Translations under genes and position numbers: made by a program
Notes under the pieces: model-generated
Told to the model about the DNA's origin: nothing
The model's input: the letters and a program-made list of their open reading frames with translations, nothing else
Database searches by the model: none
Part shown: one piece after another, positions 38,238 to 50,276 of the stretch
Numbering within the stretch: the stretch's first letter is position 1
How the letters are laid out: each line of letters starts with the position of its first letter
NCBI RefSeq assembly: GCF_006345805.1
Contig: NC_043011.1
Location: 17,000,464-17,064,463, forward strand
Length of the DNA stretch: 64,000 nucleotides
Source of the DNA: Octopus sinensis
Lineage: Eukaryota
Direction: 5' to 3'

Positions 38238-39190
38238 CTGTTGTTGCTGAGCTCTAGGTGAGCACTGAATGATAAAATCTATAATGAAAAGCATTCCATT
38301 TAGGACTGTCTTTGTGTATATCATGGAGAACTCTATTGCCCAATATAAACATTTCTCTCCGAAGACAATAAGAGTGCAATTTGAGGGATAGTTAGTTAGT
38401 TCCAGTTTCATGCAGTCAGTTGACTAGACTATGTAGAGGCTACCTTGTTGGTTTGTTATTGTTTTAGTCTCCGCACATACCTGCAGAACAATTCAATGCT
38501 AATGAATTTTAAATGAATAAATCAATCTAGATTCTCACTTTATCCAACAGATTTATTTGAGATTATCCAGGAAGAACACATTGACTGTCTTACATCCTGC
38601 TATGATTTCCATTAATAAAGCAATAAGATATCTTAGTTGCATGTCTTCGGAGTCACTTTAGTAAACAAGTTTCGGCTGAATGAAATTAATGTGGCATTGA
38701 GGAATTTTTTTTTTCTCAATTCCCCTTCAAGAAATCTGCATGAAACTCTAGATACAGCAAACAAAATTTCCAAACTTGTAGGAAAACATCAGAGATTGTT
38801 CTTGATCTACGTGTTTTAGATTTTGAAATGTTATTTTTAAAAACAGAGCAAATGTCTAGTCTGTAGGTATTGGTGTAAAATACTATTCAACTTTCTAAAT
38901 GATAAAATAAAAACTATTACAACACAGATTAAATTGTCTACAAGAGTACATGTTTATTGATTAGTTTGTTTATAATGTGTGTCAACTGTATTTGTGTATA
39001 AGATTACATATTTGTCTTAAGATTTTATGAATGTAAGCTGAGTATATATAAGCACAATATATTTACACGTAGGTGGATTATATCATATAATGCCTTTATG
39101 TTATAATGTATATAATGTATATAATTACCACATTTAGCAAGTGTATTTCTCTGATAATAATGTGTAATGATATGTGAATGCCTCTATGGG

Positions 39191-39460
39191 TGGAGGCACA
39201 TGGCCTAGTGGTTAGAGCAGTAGACTCACGGTCGAGGGATTGCGGGTTCGAATCTCAAACCGGGCAATGTGTGTGTTTATGAGTGAAACACCTAAGCTTC
39301 TGCTGACTCTTTCGCCACAACTTTCTCTCACTCTTTCCTCCTGCATCTTGCAGCTCACCTGCGACGGACCGGCGTCCCATCCAGGTGGGGAACCTATACG
39401 TCAATGAAACCGGGAAACTGGCCCTTATGAGCAAGGCATGGCTTCAGAAGCTACAAACAA
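39191..39460 (+). mobile_element. tRNA-derived SINE (family C, tail 3 with V-domain-like motif)
   Basis: TSD ATGCCTCTATG at 39178-39188 and 39461-39471; CCTGCGACGGACCGGCGTCCCATCCAGG. Confidence 0.85.
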
Positions 39461-39535
39461 ATGCCTCTATGTGACAAAGTGTATATTATATGTTTGTATG
39501 GTGACAATATGTATGTTATGATATTATATCAGTCA

Positions 39536-39983
39536 TGTAGGAAATGAGTTGGCACTGGATGGGTGCTTCACATTTCCATACATAGTTCATGGAAGGAAAA
39601 GGCGAGGACAAGATCTCTCCGAACAAATAACAATGATAATTCATTTCGCCTGAATAAACATTTCATCTCTGGACATCGGTAGCCTGGATGCCTTGGTGTG
39701 GAAGCTGCAGGGTTGGTGGTTAGCCACAAAAATACGAAGGCATTTTCACAGACTCGCAGTGGCACTCACTGTCAGAATTCCAGCTCCTTGGAGCTGGTCT
39801 AAGTTGCGTCCTGTCTGGTCAGAAGACGGGGGTAAAGGGGATAAATGGGTGGTCAAGCCTAGATGCTGCTGATGATTGTGCATGCGCAAAAGGGGCTTCT
39901 GTCAAATCTCTGGAAAGCTCTTATTCTATGCGCATGTGTGGATGAATGTTCCACAATGGTGTCTAGAACCAGGTGTCACTACA
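39536..39983. mobile_element. solo LTR (448 bp)
   Basis: TGTAG...CTACA termini; 4-bp TSD GTCA at 39532-39535 and 39984-39987; AATAAA at 39653. Confidence 0.7.
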
Positions 39984-40009
39984 GTCACTTCATGTGATAT
40001 GTACATTAT

Positions 40010-40141
40010 ATCGCTTCTCGACCTTTTGGCTAAGATCAAAGTGTAGTATCTGTTCTTATCAGCTTAATATCTGATACGGTCCCTATTTGGGGGCCATCGA
40101 TATTAAACTGATTTTTCGAACAAGGCAAAGTGTTAGGGGCT
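40010..40141 (+). pseudogene. U2: U2 snRNA 5' fragment (~132 nt), retrocopy
   Basis: ATCGCTTCTCGACCTTTTGGCTAAGATCAAAGTGTAGTATCTGTTCTTATCAG; branch-recognition GTGTAGTA at 40041; Sm-site region at 40110-40117; stem-loop IV absent. Confidence 0.95.
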
Positions 40142-40367
40142 AAAGGCGGCGAGCTGGCAGAAACATTAGCGCACCGGGCGAAATGCTTAGCGGTATTTCG
40201 TCTGCCATTACGTTCAGAGTTCAAATTCTGCTGAGGTCGACTTTGCCTCTCATCCTTTTGGGGTCGATAAATAAAGTACCAGTTTCGCACTGGGGTCAAT
40301 GTAATCAACTTAATCCCTTTGTCTATCCTTGTTTAGCCCCTTGTGGGCAGTAAAGAAATAAGAAATA
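40142..40367 (+). mobile_element. Meta-like SINE fused to the U2 fragment
   Basis: AAAGGCGGCGAGCTGGCAGAAAC follows U2 with no spacer. Confidence 0.9.
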
Positions 40368-40373
40368 TCCTTT

Positions 40374-40594
40374 AAGGCTGCAAGCTGGCAGAAATATTAG
40401 CGCCCCGGGAAAAATGCTTAGCAGTATTTCGTCTGCCAATACATTTTGAGTTCAAATTCCGCTGAGGTCGACTTTGCCTTTCATCCTTTCAGGGTCGATA
40501 AATAAAGTACCAATTTCGCACTGGGGTCGACATAATCGAGTTAATCCCTTTGTCTGTCCTTGTTTGTCCCCTCTTGTGGGCAGTAAAGAAATAA
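40374..40594 (+). mobile_element. second Meta-like SINE with its own head
   Basis: AAGGCTGCAAGCTGGCAGAAAT..AAAGAAATAA. Confidence 0.9.
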
Positions 40595-41059
40595 ATATGT
40601 ACATTATAATATTATGTGTATGTTTCCTAAGAGCCAATGTGAATATTATGATATGTGAGTGTCTCTAATGTAACAATGTGTACATTTTGATATATACTTT
40701 CTATGTGATAATGTATGAATTATGAGAGTTTTATGTGACTATGTTTACACTATGATATTATGTGTGTGTGTTGCTCTGTAAAAACTTATATGTTATGACA
40801 TTAAGTTGGTGCCCTCTTGTGATTTTCTTTGTCCAACCTACTATTTGTTCTGCTTTTTTCCGGGTCCTTTTGTATTTATGGAAGTGATCAAGATGCTGCT
40901 GTAACCAATGTGTTGCTTTGTCTGACATCGGAAACCCATCATCATTAGCCAGATCTTAAAGTATCAACTTCTTGCCCTGCAGTGGCCAGCGATAAGAGGT
41001 ATTTTGAAATCAGAAGACAAACATCTAGAACACATATCTGCACAAGAGAATTAAAAATT

Positions 41060-41156
41060 ACTGCCGATTTTGGCAGTTTTTGTAACATCATGCGGAACCC
41101 CTGGACTGTATTGGCGGAACCCTAAGGTTCCGTGGAACCCTGGTTGAAAACCACTG
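41060..41156. mobile_element. hAT (Charlie/Buster-like) terminal fragment
   Basis: GGAACCCTGGTTGAAAACCACTG end followed by the NNNTANNN site ATCTAGAA. Confidence 0.55.
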
Positions 41157-41652
41157 ATCTAGAATATGCACTGCAAGTTATGCAGCCCAGTCCTCTAACA
41201 AATCCATTAATTCATCACTTTTGAATGGAACTTATCATAATGCAAGATAAAATTAATTTAAGATGGATTTGAGTTCAAAGCACAAAGCACAAAGCGGCGT
41301 AGCAGATAAAAGATATTTTATCCAAAGTTTTAATTAAGGTGCAAATGTACCTTTTACATGACTGTGAGTATAATTACACAATTATGTGAAAGATCCTATG
41401 TAAAATCTATACATTTACAGTTCTGTAGGAGAGCATTTTGTCTGTCGATGTAAATGTTTCTGGTATGTAGAATTATTTTGAGGACCAATGGCTAGGATTA
41501 GATCCATTAAAACAGCATCTGAAGAAACCGTTCATAATTTGTATTGACAAGACTCTCAAGCAAAAGGCTAGTCCTGAAATGACTACATGGAATACAAACT
41601 TATTGAAATTTATGAACTGTACTGATTAACAAAATTTTTATTTTTATATATA

Positions 41653-42013
41653 GGCGCAGAAGTGGATGTGTAGTAAGTAGCTTGCTTACCAACCACATGG
41701 TTCCGGGTTCAATCCCACTGTGTGGCACCTTGGGTAAGTGTCTTCTACTATAGCCTCGGGCCGACCAAAGCCTTGTGAGTGGATTTGGTATATGGAAACT
41801 GAAAGACGCCTGTCGTATATATGTATATATATACATGTGCGTGTGTGTTTGTGTGTCTGTGTTTGTCTCCCTAGTATTGCTTGACAACGGATGCTGGTGT
41901 GTTTATGTCCCCGTCACTTAGTGGTTTGGAAAAAGAGACCGATAGAATAAGTACTGGGCTTACAAAGAATAAGTCCTGGGGTCGAGTTGCTAAATGACTG
42001 AAACAAGTAAAAG
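41653..42013 (+). mobile_element. CORE-like SINE
   Basis: Family match with a 3' deletion. Confidence 0.85.
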
Positions 42014-42380
42014 AAAAAAAGAAAGAAAAGAAAGAATATATTTTTGTGTTTGACCAGTAAATGTTATTTCCTATTTGTTTCTGTCTAGAAATCAAAGGAA
42101 ATGACTAATGACTATTATTCCCTTCAAATTTTGCTTATATGATGTGGACATCAATCTTTCAAAACCGGTCAATTTTCCATTACATTTCAGACAGATTCAG
42201 GACTAAGTTCCTGAAGCAGAAATATCATTATAGTAAAAATATTCTGCTCAATGTCACAAACTTGCTTATCAGCTGCTTGAGCATGTCTCTTGTGGCTGAC
42301 AATATGTGCATCTCTGATAATGAGCCGGAGTAGTGGGGGAGCATTGTTATAAATAACATTATGTAACAGTTTGTGTGTGT

Positions 42381-42770
42381 ACTTACTTACTTGTACTTGT
42401 GGCGACATTCACCCTGGGCGGGTTGAGTCGGCTTCTTCTAGCACCTCGAGGCAGAAGAAGTTTCATGGGAATATGTGGATTTCCCAAGCGGTCCTCAACA
42501 ATCCCGCATGTAGAGACATCCTGTTTGCTGCAGATTGTCCGCAGACACAGGGACAGAACAACCGAGGAGCCACTGGTTGCCGAAACAGACACTCCGAGGA
42601 TTCTCACTAGAGCCCCGTCTGCCGGGTTGCGGCCCTAATACCACTCGGTGTCAGACCAATCCGCCTTGGGTGGCCCTACCAGAAACCGAAGTTCCTGAAA
42701 ACATAGCTCTGACACTACCTGTTGCCAGCGCCCTCACCACGGTGAGGAGGGGATGGACTTTGGGGACGCA
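42381..42770 (-). mobile_element. bipartite non-autonomous RTE derivative
   Basis: TSD AGTTTGTGTGTGT at 42368-42380 and 42771-42783; RTE-like 5' UTR; (GTAA)n tail shared with 59276-59349. Confidence 0.8.
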
Positions 42771-44196
42771 AGTTTGTGTGTGTGAATGTCTATGGTTATT
42801 GTGCTGTGTGAGTGCATATATGTGACAGTGTGTTTAATTTATAATATTGCATAAATATCTCTGTGTAACAGTGTGTAGTTACAATTGAGTGAGAGCTACT
42901 ATCTGTGAGTATGATTACATATTTGGTATTGACATCATCACCATTATCACATCCTCCAGCAACTTATGGATGAATAACAAATCATGAAATTACATGCCCC
43001 ATACTGCTTTTATTAAGCCATTTAGAAGTTATATTTTCGTTCAAAATGTACCATTTTGAAAAAAAGAAAAATTCTTGAAGTTTAAAATCTTTTTGTATGT
43101 CTATTCGCAGTTTCAGACTTCATTATCAAAAATGACATTTCTCATCGTTAAGAAAATAGAAACAATGTTAAATGTATGATTTTATTTATATAATATAAGA
43201 AAGACTGCATTGTCTGATGCAGATTCTTAAATAGGATTTCACTGAGTTATCAGTGACCTAGAGCAAGAGATATTCAATAAGGGTAATTTTTCATCACAGC
43301 AAGCAGAAATGAAGAAGAAGAAGAAGAAAATAGCATTGGGTAATGGGCATTGATTCATTATAAGAATGAATTTTGCCTGATTTGGTTCTTTAGAGATTTT
43401 GGTACTTCAGTTCAGTATTATGGCTAATTTCAGTTTCTTTTCTGATTGGCATATATTGTTCATCCATATATATATTTCTTAAAGCAAATGCTTCGAGACA
43501 TCTCTTTTTTGTAAATATCTGTAACTTAATTAATGGATATGAATTCGAAATCATCTTTACAGAAAAGTAGTTTTCTAATTGTAACTTTGTGATAACTTGA
43601 AAATAACTCAACTGATTCATTTGTCTTGTTTTTTTTTTTTTTTTGCTTCCTACCGATTCTATTGATAAAAATGAATAGATAGCTTTTAACATTTCAAAAG
43701 AACTCACCTATTAGAATTTATAGGATTACATGCATTTTCTCACTGAGTGATTTTGGATCTTTTTCCCATGCATTTTTTGGTTTTCTGCCTTCATTTTGAA
43801 TATATATATATATATTCTTATTCTTTTGATGTGAAAATTTCTGATTCTTTATGTACAACAAAATGTCAAATTCAGTGTTTCTTTCTTTTAATCACAATAT
43901 GTCTGCAAATAGAAGCATATTTCTCAACCAATATCGGCTAATTTTCTTATTCTACATGATTCTAGCATAATTCACTTGCATCTAAATTGGTAACAAGCAC
44001 ACATGCTTATACTACACAAATACACTCCATATATACAATATTGGTTAGTTGCCCATAAGTCTGAAATAAAAGCATGCTCAATATAAATAAAAGAGTGGGT
44101 ATATTTCTGAATCGTCAACCAATATATAACTGGTTATAGCATATAACATGCCAGAATGTTACTGCCAGCTTCACACTGAATATTACCCATAGACAA

Positions 44197-45437
44197 TATA
44201 TTAGCTCCAAGTATGAAATTTGTAGAAAAGAAAAAAAGTTTGCTAATGTTTTATAAATACAAGGAATAATTTTATTCATCAAATTATACACCCATATTGT
44301 CAATACACTTTTGCCATTTCAGAGCTAGCTTGTCCAGCCTAGCAATGTAGAGTCAATAAAATCTTGGAAGGCCTGTTTTACAGCATCGTTGGAATTAAAG
44401 TTTTTTCCTATCAAAAAGTTATCCAAATTTGGGAAGAACTGGTAGTTAGTGGAGGCAAGATCAGGTGAGTATAGTGGATGATGGAGAACTTCCAACTGCA
44501 ACTCCAGTAGTTTTGCTAATGTCATTTCTGCGATGTGTGGTCTGGCGTTGTCTTGCAATAAAATAGGAGTGGATCTGTTGACTAATCTCGGCTGGTTTTT
44601 TTTTGTAAGTTTCTGCATCCATTTGGCTGCAGTATACTTTGGCTGTGATTGATGAGCAAGGTTTAATGAAATCATAATGGTTCACACTTGTCCCAGACCA
44701 CCAAACACACACCATCAGCTTCTTTTGATGGTGGTTCGTCTTTGTCCAACCGTTGTGCTGAACATTTATGGTTGTTGCATTTAATTCATTTCTCATCCTG
44801 TTACAATTTGATCCAAAAGGGATTCATTTTTATGATGAGAAAGTAGCATAATGCAGGCTTCCAAACGTTGCTGTTTTTGATTTTCATTGAGTTCATGTGG
44901 AACCCACTAATCCAACTTTTTCACACTACTGATTTGAACCAGGTGAGTCGATATTGTTTGCTTGTTAACACCAAACAACAACGATAGTTCAAGGACACTG
45001 TGAGATGTATCTGAGTCGACGGTAGCTTTCAGTGCGTCATTATCCACCTTTGTTTCTGGTTGACCACATTGTTCGTTTGTGAGGTGAAAGTTACCAGAAC
45101 GAAATTTTGCAAATTAATTTGATTCTGTCTGCTGTATAATAACATGAGAATAACATACTCCATTACTATGCCGAGCTGTTTGTGATGCTGTATTGCCAAG
45201 AAAGAACTCATATTTCAAAACTGTATGAATTTCCGACTTATCCATCTCTAAACAAAAATAGCAAAAAACGATTTATAAATACTTTATGAAGTGTAAAATG
45301 AGTTAGAATAAAGAAATAGATGTGTCAGCTTTCTAAGAAAAAATTTAAATTGTCAAAATATAATAATGGCACAAAATGAGCAGCTGTCAAAGTTTACTAT
45401 ATACCATACGACAAATTTCATACTTGACGATCCAGTA
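44197..45437 (-). mobile_element. full-length decayed mariner transposon
   Basis: TIRs sharing CAAGTATGAAATTTGT; ATG at 45245 (MDKSEIHTVLKYEF); WVPHEL, LLQDNARPH, YSPDLASTNYQFF, KWQKCID. Confidence 0.92.
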
Positions 45438-45800
45438 AATGACTTTTCAGATATCCAAACAGAAAGTTCATAGCCACTTACGTACTGGAAGCATATAGAG
45501 TTTTGGGGATGCAATGGTAGGCAAAAGGGTGGAAATTTAGTAAAATATATGTTTTGGCTGGGTTGAACTCATTATACAAGAAGAGCCTACATCTTCTATC
45601 TCCTTTAAATATAGCCAGGGTCTTTCCAGCAACCTTCAGTTGATGCTGTATCCTTTTTTTTAATCACCATATCTAATGGACTAATGTTGGGATGTTACAT
45701 TTTTCTTGTAACCTAAATGAAGAACTGTGATTAACCAGGATGCAATGATATATATATATGCATGCCTGTGTGTGTATATGTGTATGTGTATACACACACA

Positions 45801-45866
<66 letters not shown>

Positions 45867-46109
45867 ACACATATATGTATAATTCAAAGTTCATAAGATT
45901 GTATGTAGATAAATATATCTGTTAATAAAATTGAACAAAGTCTGTTGTCTGCACTTTTGTTTAGTATCTTTACAATTTTATGTTTCAAATACCTTCATTT
46001 TTGATAACAATCTTCATGTGAATGTTTATAAAACATGGAAGTAATATAATATTGTATCAGTGTAAAAATGCAAAACTAAAATGTAAAAATCAAACTATAT
46101 ATTCATATA

Positions 46110-46519
46110 ATTTTCTACTTGTTTCAGTCATTGGACTACAGCCATGCCATGCTGAGGCACTGTCTTCAACGGTTTAATCAACGAAATCGATCCTTGCACT
46201 TACACTTTTAACTTTGGTACTTGTTCTATCAGGGTTGTCTGCTCACACACTTAGTTATGAGGATGTGAACAAACCATCACTAGTTGTCAAGCAGTGGCAG
46301 GTAACAAACACAAATACACACATATATAGGGAGAGTTTACGAAAAAAAACAAAAGATTAAGACAGGTGGTGTACAAAACAAACAGATGTATTAGTATAAC
46401 GCTCGGGAATATAAAAAGTCTTTTACGTTTCGAGCCTACGCTCTTCTACAGAAAGGGACACAGAAAAAAACAAGGAGAGGAAAAAATGTGTGCAGTGACT
46501 AACGATCTATCATGGTGAC

Positions 46520-46559
<40 letters not shown>

Positions 46560-46680
46560 AATGAGTTACTTTCAGTTTCTGTCTACATAATCTACTCACA
46601 AGACTTTGGCTGTCTTAGGGCTATAATAGAACACACTCAAAGTGCCACAGTAAGATTGATTGACCCTGGACCCATGTAGT
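46110..46680 (-). mobile_element. degenerate CORE-like SINE with nested insertion
   Basis: Both family halves flank 46325-46520. Confidence 0.65.
46325..46520 (-). mobile_element. hammerhead-family short element
   Basis: rc CTTT-CTGTAGA-AGAGC-GTAG-GCTC-GAAAC-GTA-AAAG at 46420-46455. Confidence 0.7.
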
Positions 46681-47092
46681 TGGAAAGCAAACATGTTACC
46701 AGACAGCCAGAGTGTTGCCTATATGGTGTGTGTGTGTGCGTGTGTGTCTGTCTATATATATATATACAAAATTTAAATTTTAAGTATGATCTTTTTTTCA
46801 AAAAGTATAAAAAGAACGATAAATATAATATAATACTTATTACTTATTATATTATATTTATCATTTTTTTAATACTTTTTGAAAACAAAAATTAAATTAA
46901 AATTTTATATATATTATATATTATATTAATTATATTTATATTATTTGTTATTCATGTATTGGTTTATGTCTATCACTGTTTGAGTTGCCTTATATTGGTT
47001 TTATTTCTAATTCATATTTTATATATTTATAGTGTGAAATTCGATTTAATCCTAAATCTAATTTTTCCCTGTAAGTTTGGAGCCATACTCCC

Positions 47093-47147
<55 letters not shown>

Positions 47148-47823
47148 TATATATATATACATATAAACAAACACATATATTTATATAAACACATAGATAG
47201 ATAAAATATAGAAAGAGAGTGTAAGAGAGAGATTCGTTGTATGGTGTAGCGTATTGATCATAAATAACTAATGTTGAGAACCGCATGTATTCAGTTATAC
47301 TTGAAAAGATCCATATGTGGGGAACGAACAATTTATTATTTCATGTTCCATTCTAATAACTCGAACACTGAGTGCAAATGTAAAGCAAGTGTGAAGATAA
47401 ACTTCTACATTTATTTGATACATTTTTGCATATGTTGCATATAGCACATGTTACAGATTCAGATAACATCCTGGTATCGACAAATATAACTTTGCTGAGA
47501 TGAATCAAAGCATTTACTTAGATACAAGAGGGGTTAAGGATATAGATCTTTCTCGTCACAGTAGAGAAGAGGTTAAGTATATTTGTAGGCATTAAGTATG
47601 CGTTAATGGAAAGAGACAAATCTGAGTTTCAGATATCAGATCAGATCGCATGGCAAATCACTAACAAATTTAGTAGATCTGTTTGAAAGATAATGTGTAA
47701 TTAAACCATTTCTTTTCTGTTTTTTTTAATTTTGATTTCAAAGATTCTTCGAAATAAAATTAATGCAACCAACATTGTTAGCTGAATAATATGACTTATC
47801 ATCAAAACTGAAATAAAATACCA

Positions 47824-48199
47824 TCTCTACATATATATAAATGTCTGTCTGTCTGTCTGTCTGTGTGTGTGTATCCTTTATACAAATCCACAATTTTTCC
47901 GTTAGAGAGCCTACACTTTGTATGGTCATTCAAAACCATCCAAGGGTGGTCGTGCACATGTTTACATTTTCCCAGTCACCTGGCAAAACCATTAAAAAAT
48001 CAATAGAAGTGACTTTTTTATGAATTTTCTATCTAAAACCCAATCAAAATGCCTGAAACTTGGTACGCCAATTGAATGCCAGCTAGCTGTATGTGATTGG
48101 TCGGAGATTTGGATAGTACCCACGTGTATGTATGCACGCACACAGCTGTTTAGGCATGCACTAGCACTATGATCCGGTGTTGCCGGGTCATAGTGCAAG
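47824..48199 (+). mobile_element. non-autonomous Helitron
   Basis: A|TC start, (TCTG)n, 11-bp hairpin 48167-48177/48183-48193, CAAG|T end. Confidence 0.75.
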
Positions 48200-48322
48200 T
48201 ATTAATTAAAATAGTATGCCGTAGATACTGCTGCTGTTGGTAAGGGGAACAGGCTGATATATAATCATATACACTAAAAGCCCTCAAGTTATTACAAGCA
48301 GATAAAAAATCTCCTTAATATT

Positions 48323-49125
48323 GTCATCATCATCATCAACGTTTAACATCCATTTTCCATGCAGGCATGGGTTGGATGGCTCTAAAGAAACTTGCAAGTC
48401 TAAGGGCTGCACCAGATTCCATAGTCTGTTTTGATTTGGTTTTTACAGCTAGATGCCCTTCCCAATGTCAACCACTCCACAAACTGGCTGCCTATTATAT
48501 GGCACCATCACAACACTTTTTATATGGCACCAGCACCCACACCACTTTTTACATGACACCTTGGTTCTAGGATCTCAATTCTGTTATGGCGGACAGGTCT
48601 TCTTGAGTACAGCAATGCACCACATATCTTGGTCATCTGTCATCTCCTTCATAAGGTTCAGCATTTTGAACTCAGCCTTCAATACATCATCTCATGTCTT
48701 CCTGCATCTCCATCTTCCACCACTTCTCTCCACTTTAAGTGATCAGTACTTCTTCATGCAATTGTCCTTATCCTATTTCTTTACTAACCACAAGGGGCTA
48801 AACACAGAGAGGACAAAAAGGACAGACAAACGGATTAAGTCAATTATATCGACCCCAGTGCATAACTGGTACTTATTTAATCAACCCCGAAATGATGAAA
48901 GGCAAAGTTGACCTCGGCGGAATTTGAACTCAGAATGTAGCGGCAGACAAAATACTGCTAAGCATTTCGTCTGGCGTGCTAATGTTTCTGCCAGCTTGCT
49001 ACCTTGTCCATCCACATCACATGGCCAAACCAGCACAGTCTCCTCTCTTGCACACTACATATCATTCTTCTTATGCCCAACTTATCTCTCAATACACCAA
49101 TGCTCTGTTGCACACTGACATTGAA
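48323..49125 (-). mobile_element. RTE LINE 3' end joined to the (ATG)n-tailed UTR, split by a Meta-like SINE (48773-49005)
   Basis: VLRDKLGIRRMICSVQERRLCWFGHVMWMD. Confidence 0.85.
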
Positions 49126-49504
49126 ATAGGGAAAAATGAAAGCATAACAAAAATCTAAAACCTTTAGATTCTGCCAACCAATGACTGATGGAGAGATATA
49201 TAGAAAAGCAGATATGTTCAGCTGATTGACAATGACTCTTTCACAATATGCTACAACCACAAAATTACATTTGCAAGTTGCCTCACATTGCTTCTTCTAC
49301 AGGTAATATAATAATAACCTCTGTTTTTCAGAAATAGTTATATGTATATTTGGTGGGATGCACTGGGTGCTCAACTGTTATAGGGCAGAAAATCTCTTCT
49401 GGAATAAGTTAAGATGGAGTGAACTTGAAAGTTTGGAATTCATATCAATGGGTAAAGAAATTGTGGCTGTGCAGAATATACACAATATGTTTTTACTCTA
49501 CATA

Positions 49505-49910
49505 GGCATAGGAGTGGCTGTGTGGTAAGTAGCTTGCTTACGAAAACACATGGTTCTGGGTTCAGTCCCACTGCATGGAACCTTGGGCAAGTGTCTTTTA
49601 CTATAGCTTCGGGCCGACCAAAGCCTTGTGAGTAGATTTGGAAGACGGAAACTGAAAGAAGCCCGTCGTATATATGCACATATATATGTGTATGTGTGTA
49701 TATGTTTGTGTGTCTGTCTTTGTTCCCCACAAAATCGCTTGACAACCGATGCTGGTGTGTTTACATCCCCGTAACTTAGTGGTTCAGCAAAAGAGACCAA
49801 TAGAATAAGTACTAAGCTTACAAAGAATAACTCCTGGTGTTGATTTGCTTGACTAAAGGTGGTGCTCCAGCATGACCACAGTCACATGACTGAAATAAGT
49901 AAAAGTGTAA
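49505..49910 (+). mobile_element. CORE-like SINE, full length
   Basis: Family match. Confidence 0.9.
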
Positions 49911-50276
49911 GAGTATACATTTATACATTTATAAAGTTCTTAAAGTTTCTACTCATTAGTAACCAAGTATAGTGGTTTGGGAATCATCAGCAATGACATT
50001 ACTTGGGACAAATAAATTAATCTAAGTTCAACATTTCATGAAGTTAGACATTTTTATAGAGAAAATCTTTCCATCAATACAAAATGAATCACTCCCTTTC
50101 CTATCAGATGTATTGTGTTTGGTAGCCTGTGCCCTGTAAGAAACATTTTTTCTGCTTCTTCCTCACATGCCCTGCCACTATTTCGATTCATTCCCACTAA
50201 CACATTTGCAGTAAAAGTTCTGTTATTGATGTTCAGACTGAACTTAAAGCATCTTTGATCCTATTATTGCTTAGAG

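Noticed and set aside
40010-40141. Functional U2 snRNA gene
   Set aside because: The 3' third is missing, stem I has a mismatch, and a TSD encloses the fragment.
41023-41164. 126-bp hAT MITE with ATCTAGAA TSD
   Set aside because: The left end lacks a matching TIR; only the right end is supported.
42187-42408. Protein-like ORF NAPPLLRLIIRDAHIV..
   Set aside because: The same sequence recurs at ~57670-57790, so it is a dispersed repeat.
46795-46885. AT-rich ~36-bp-arm palindrome
   Set aside because: Low complexity and embedded in a repeat tail, so of limited significance.
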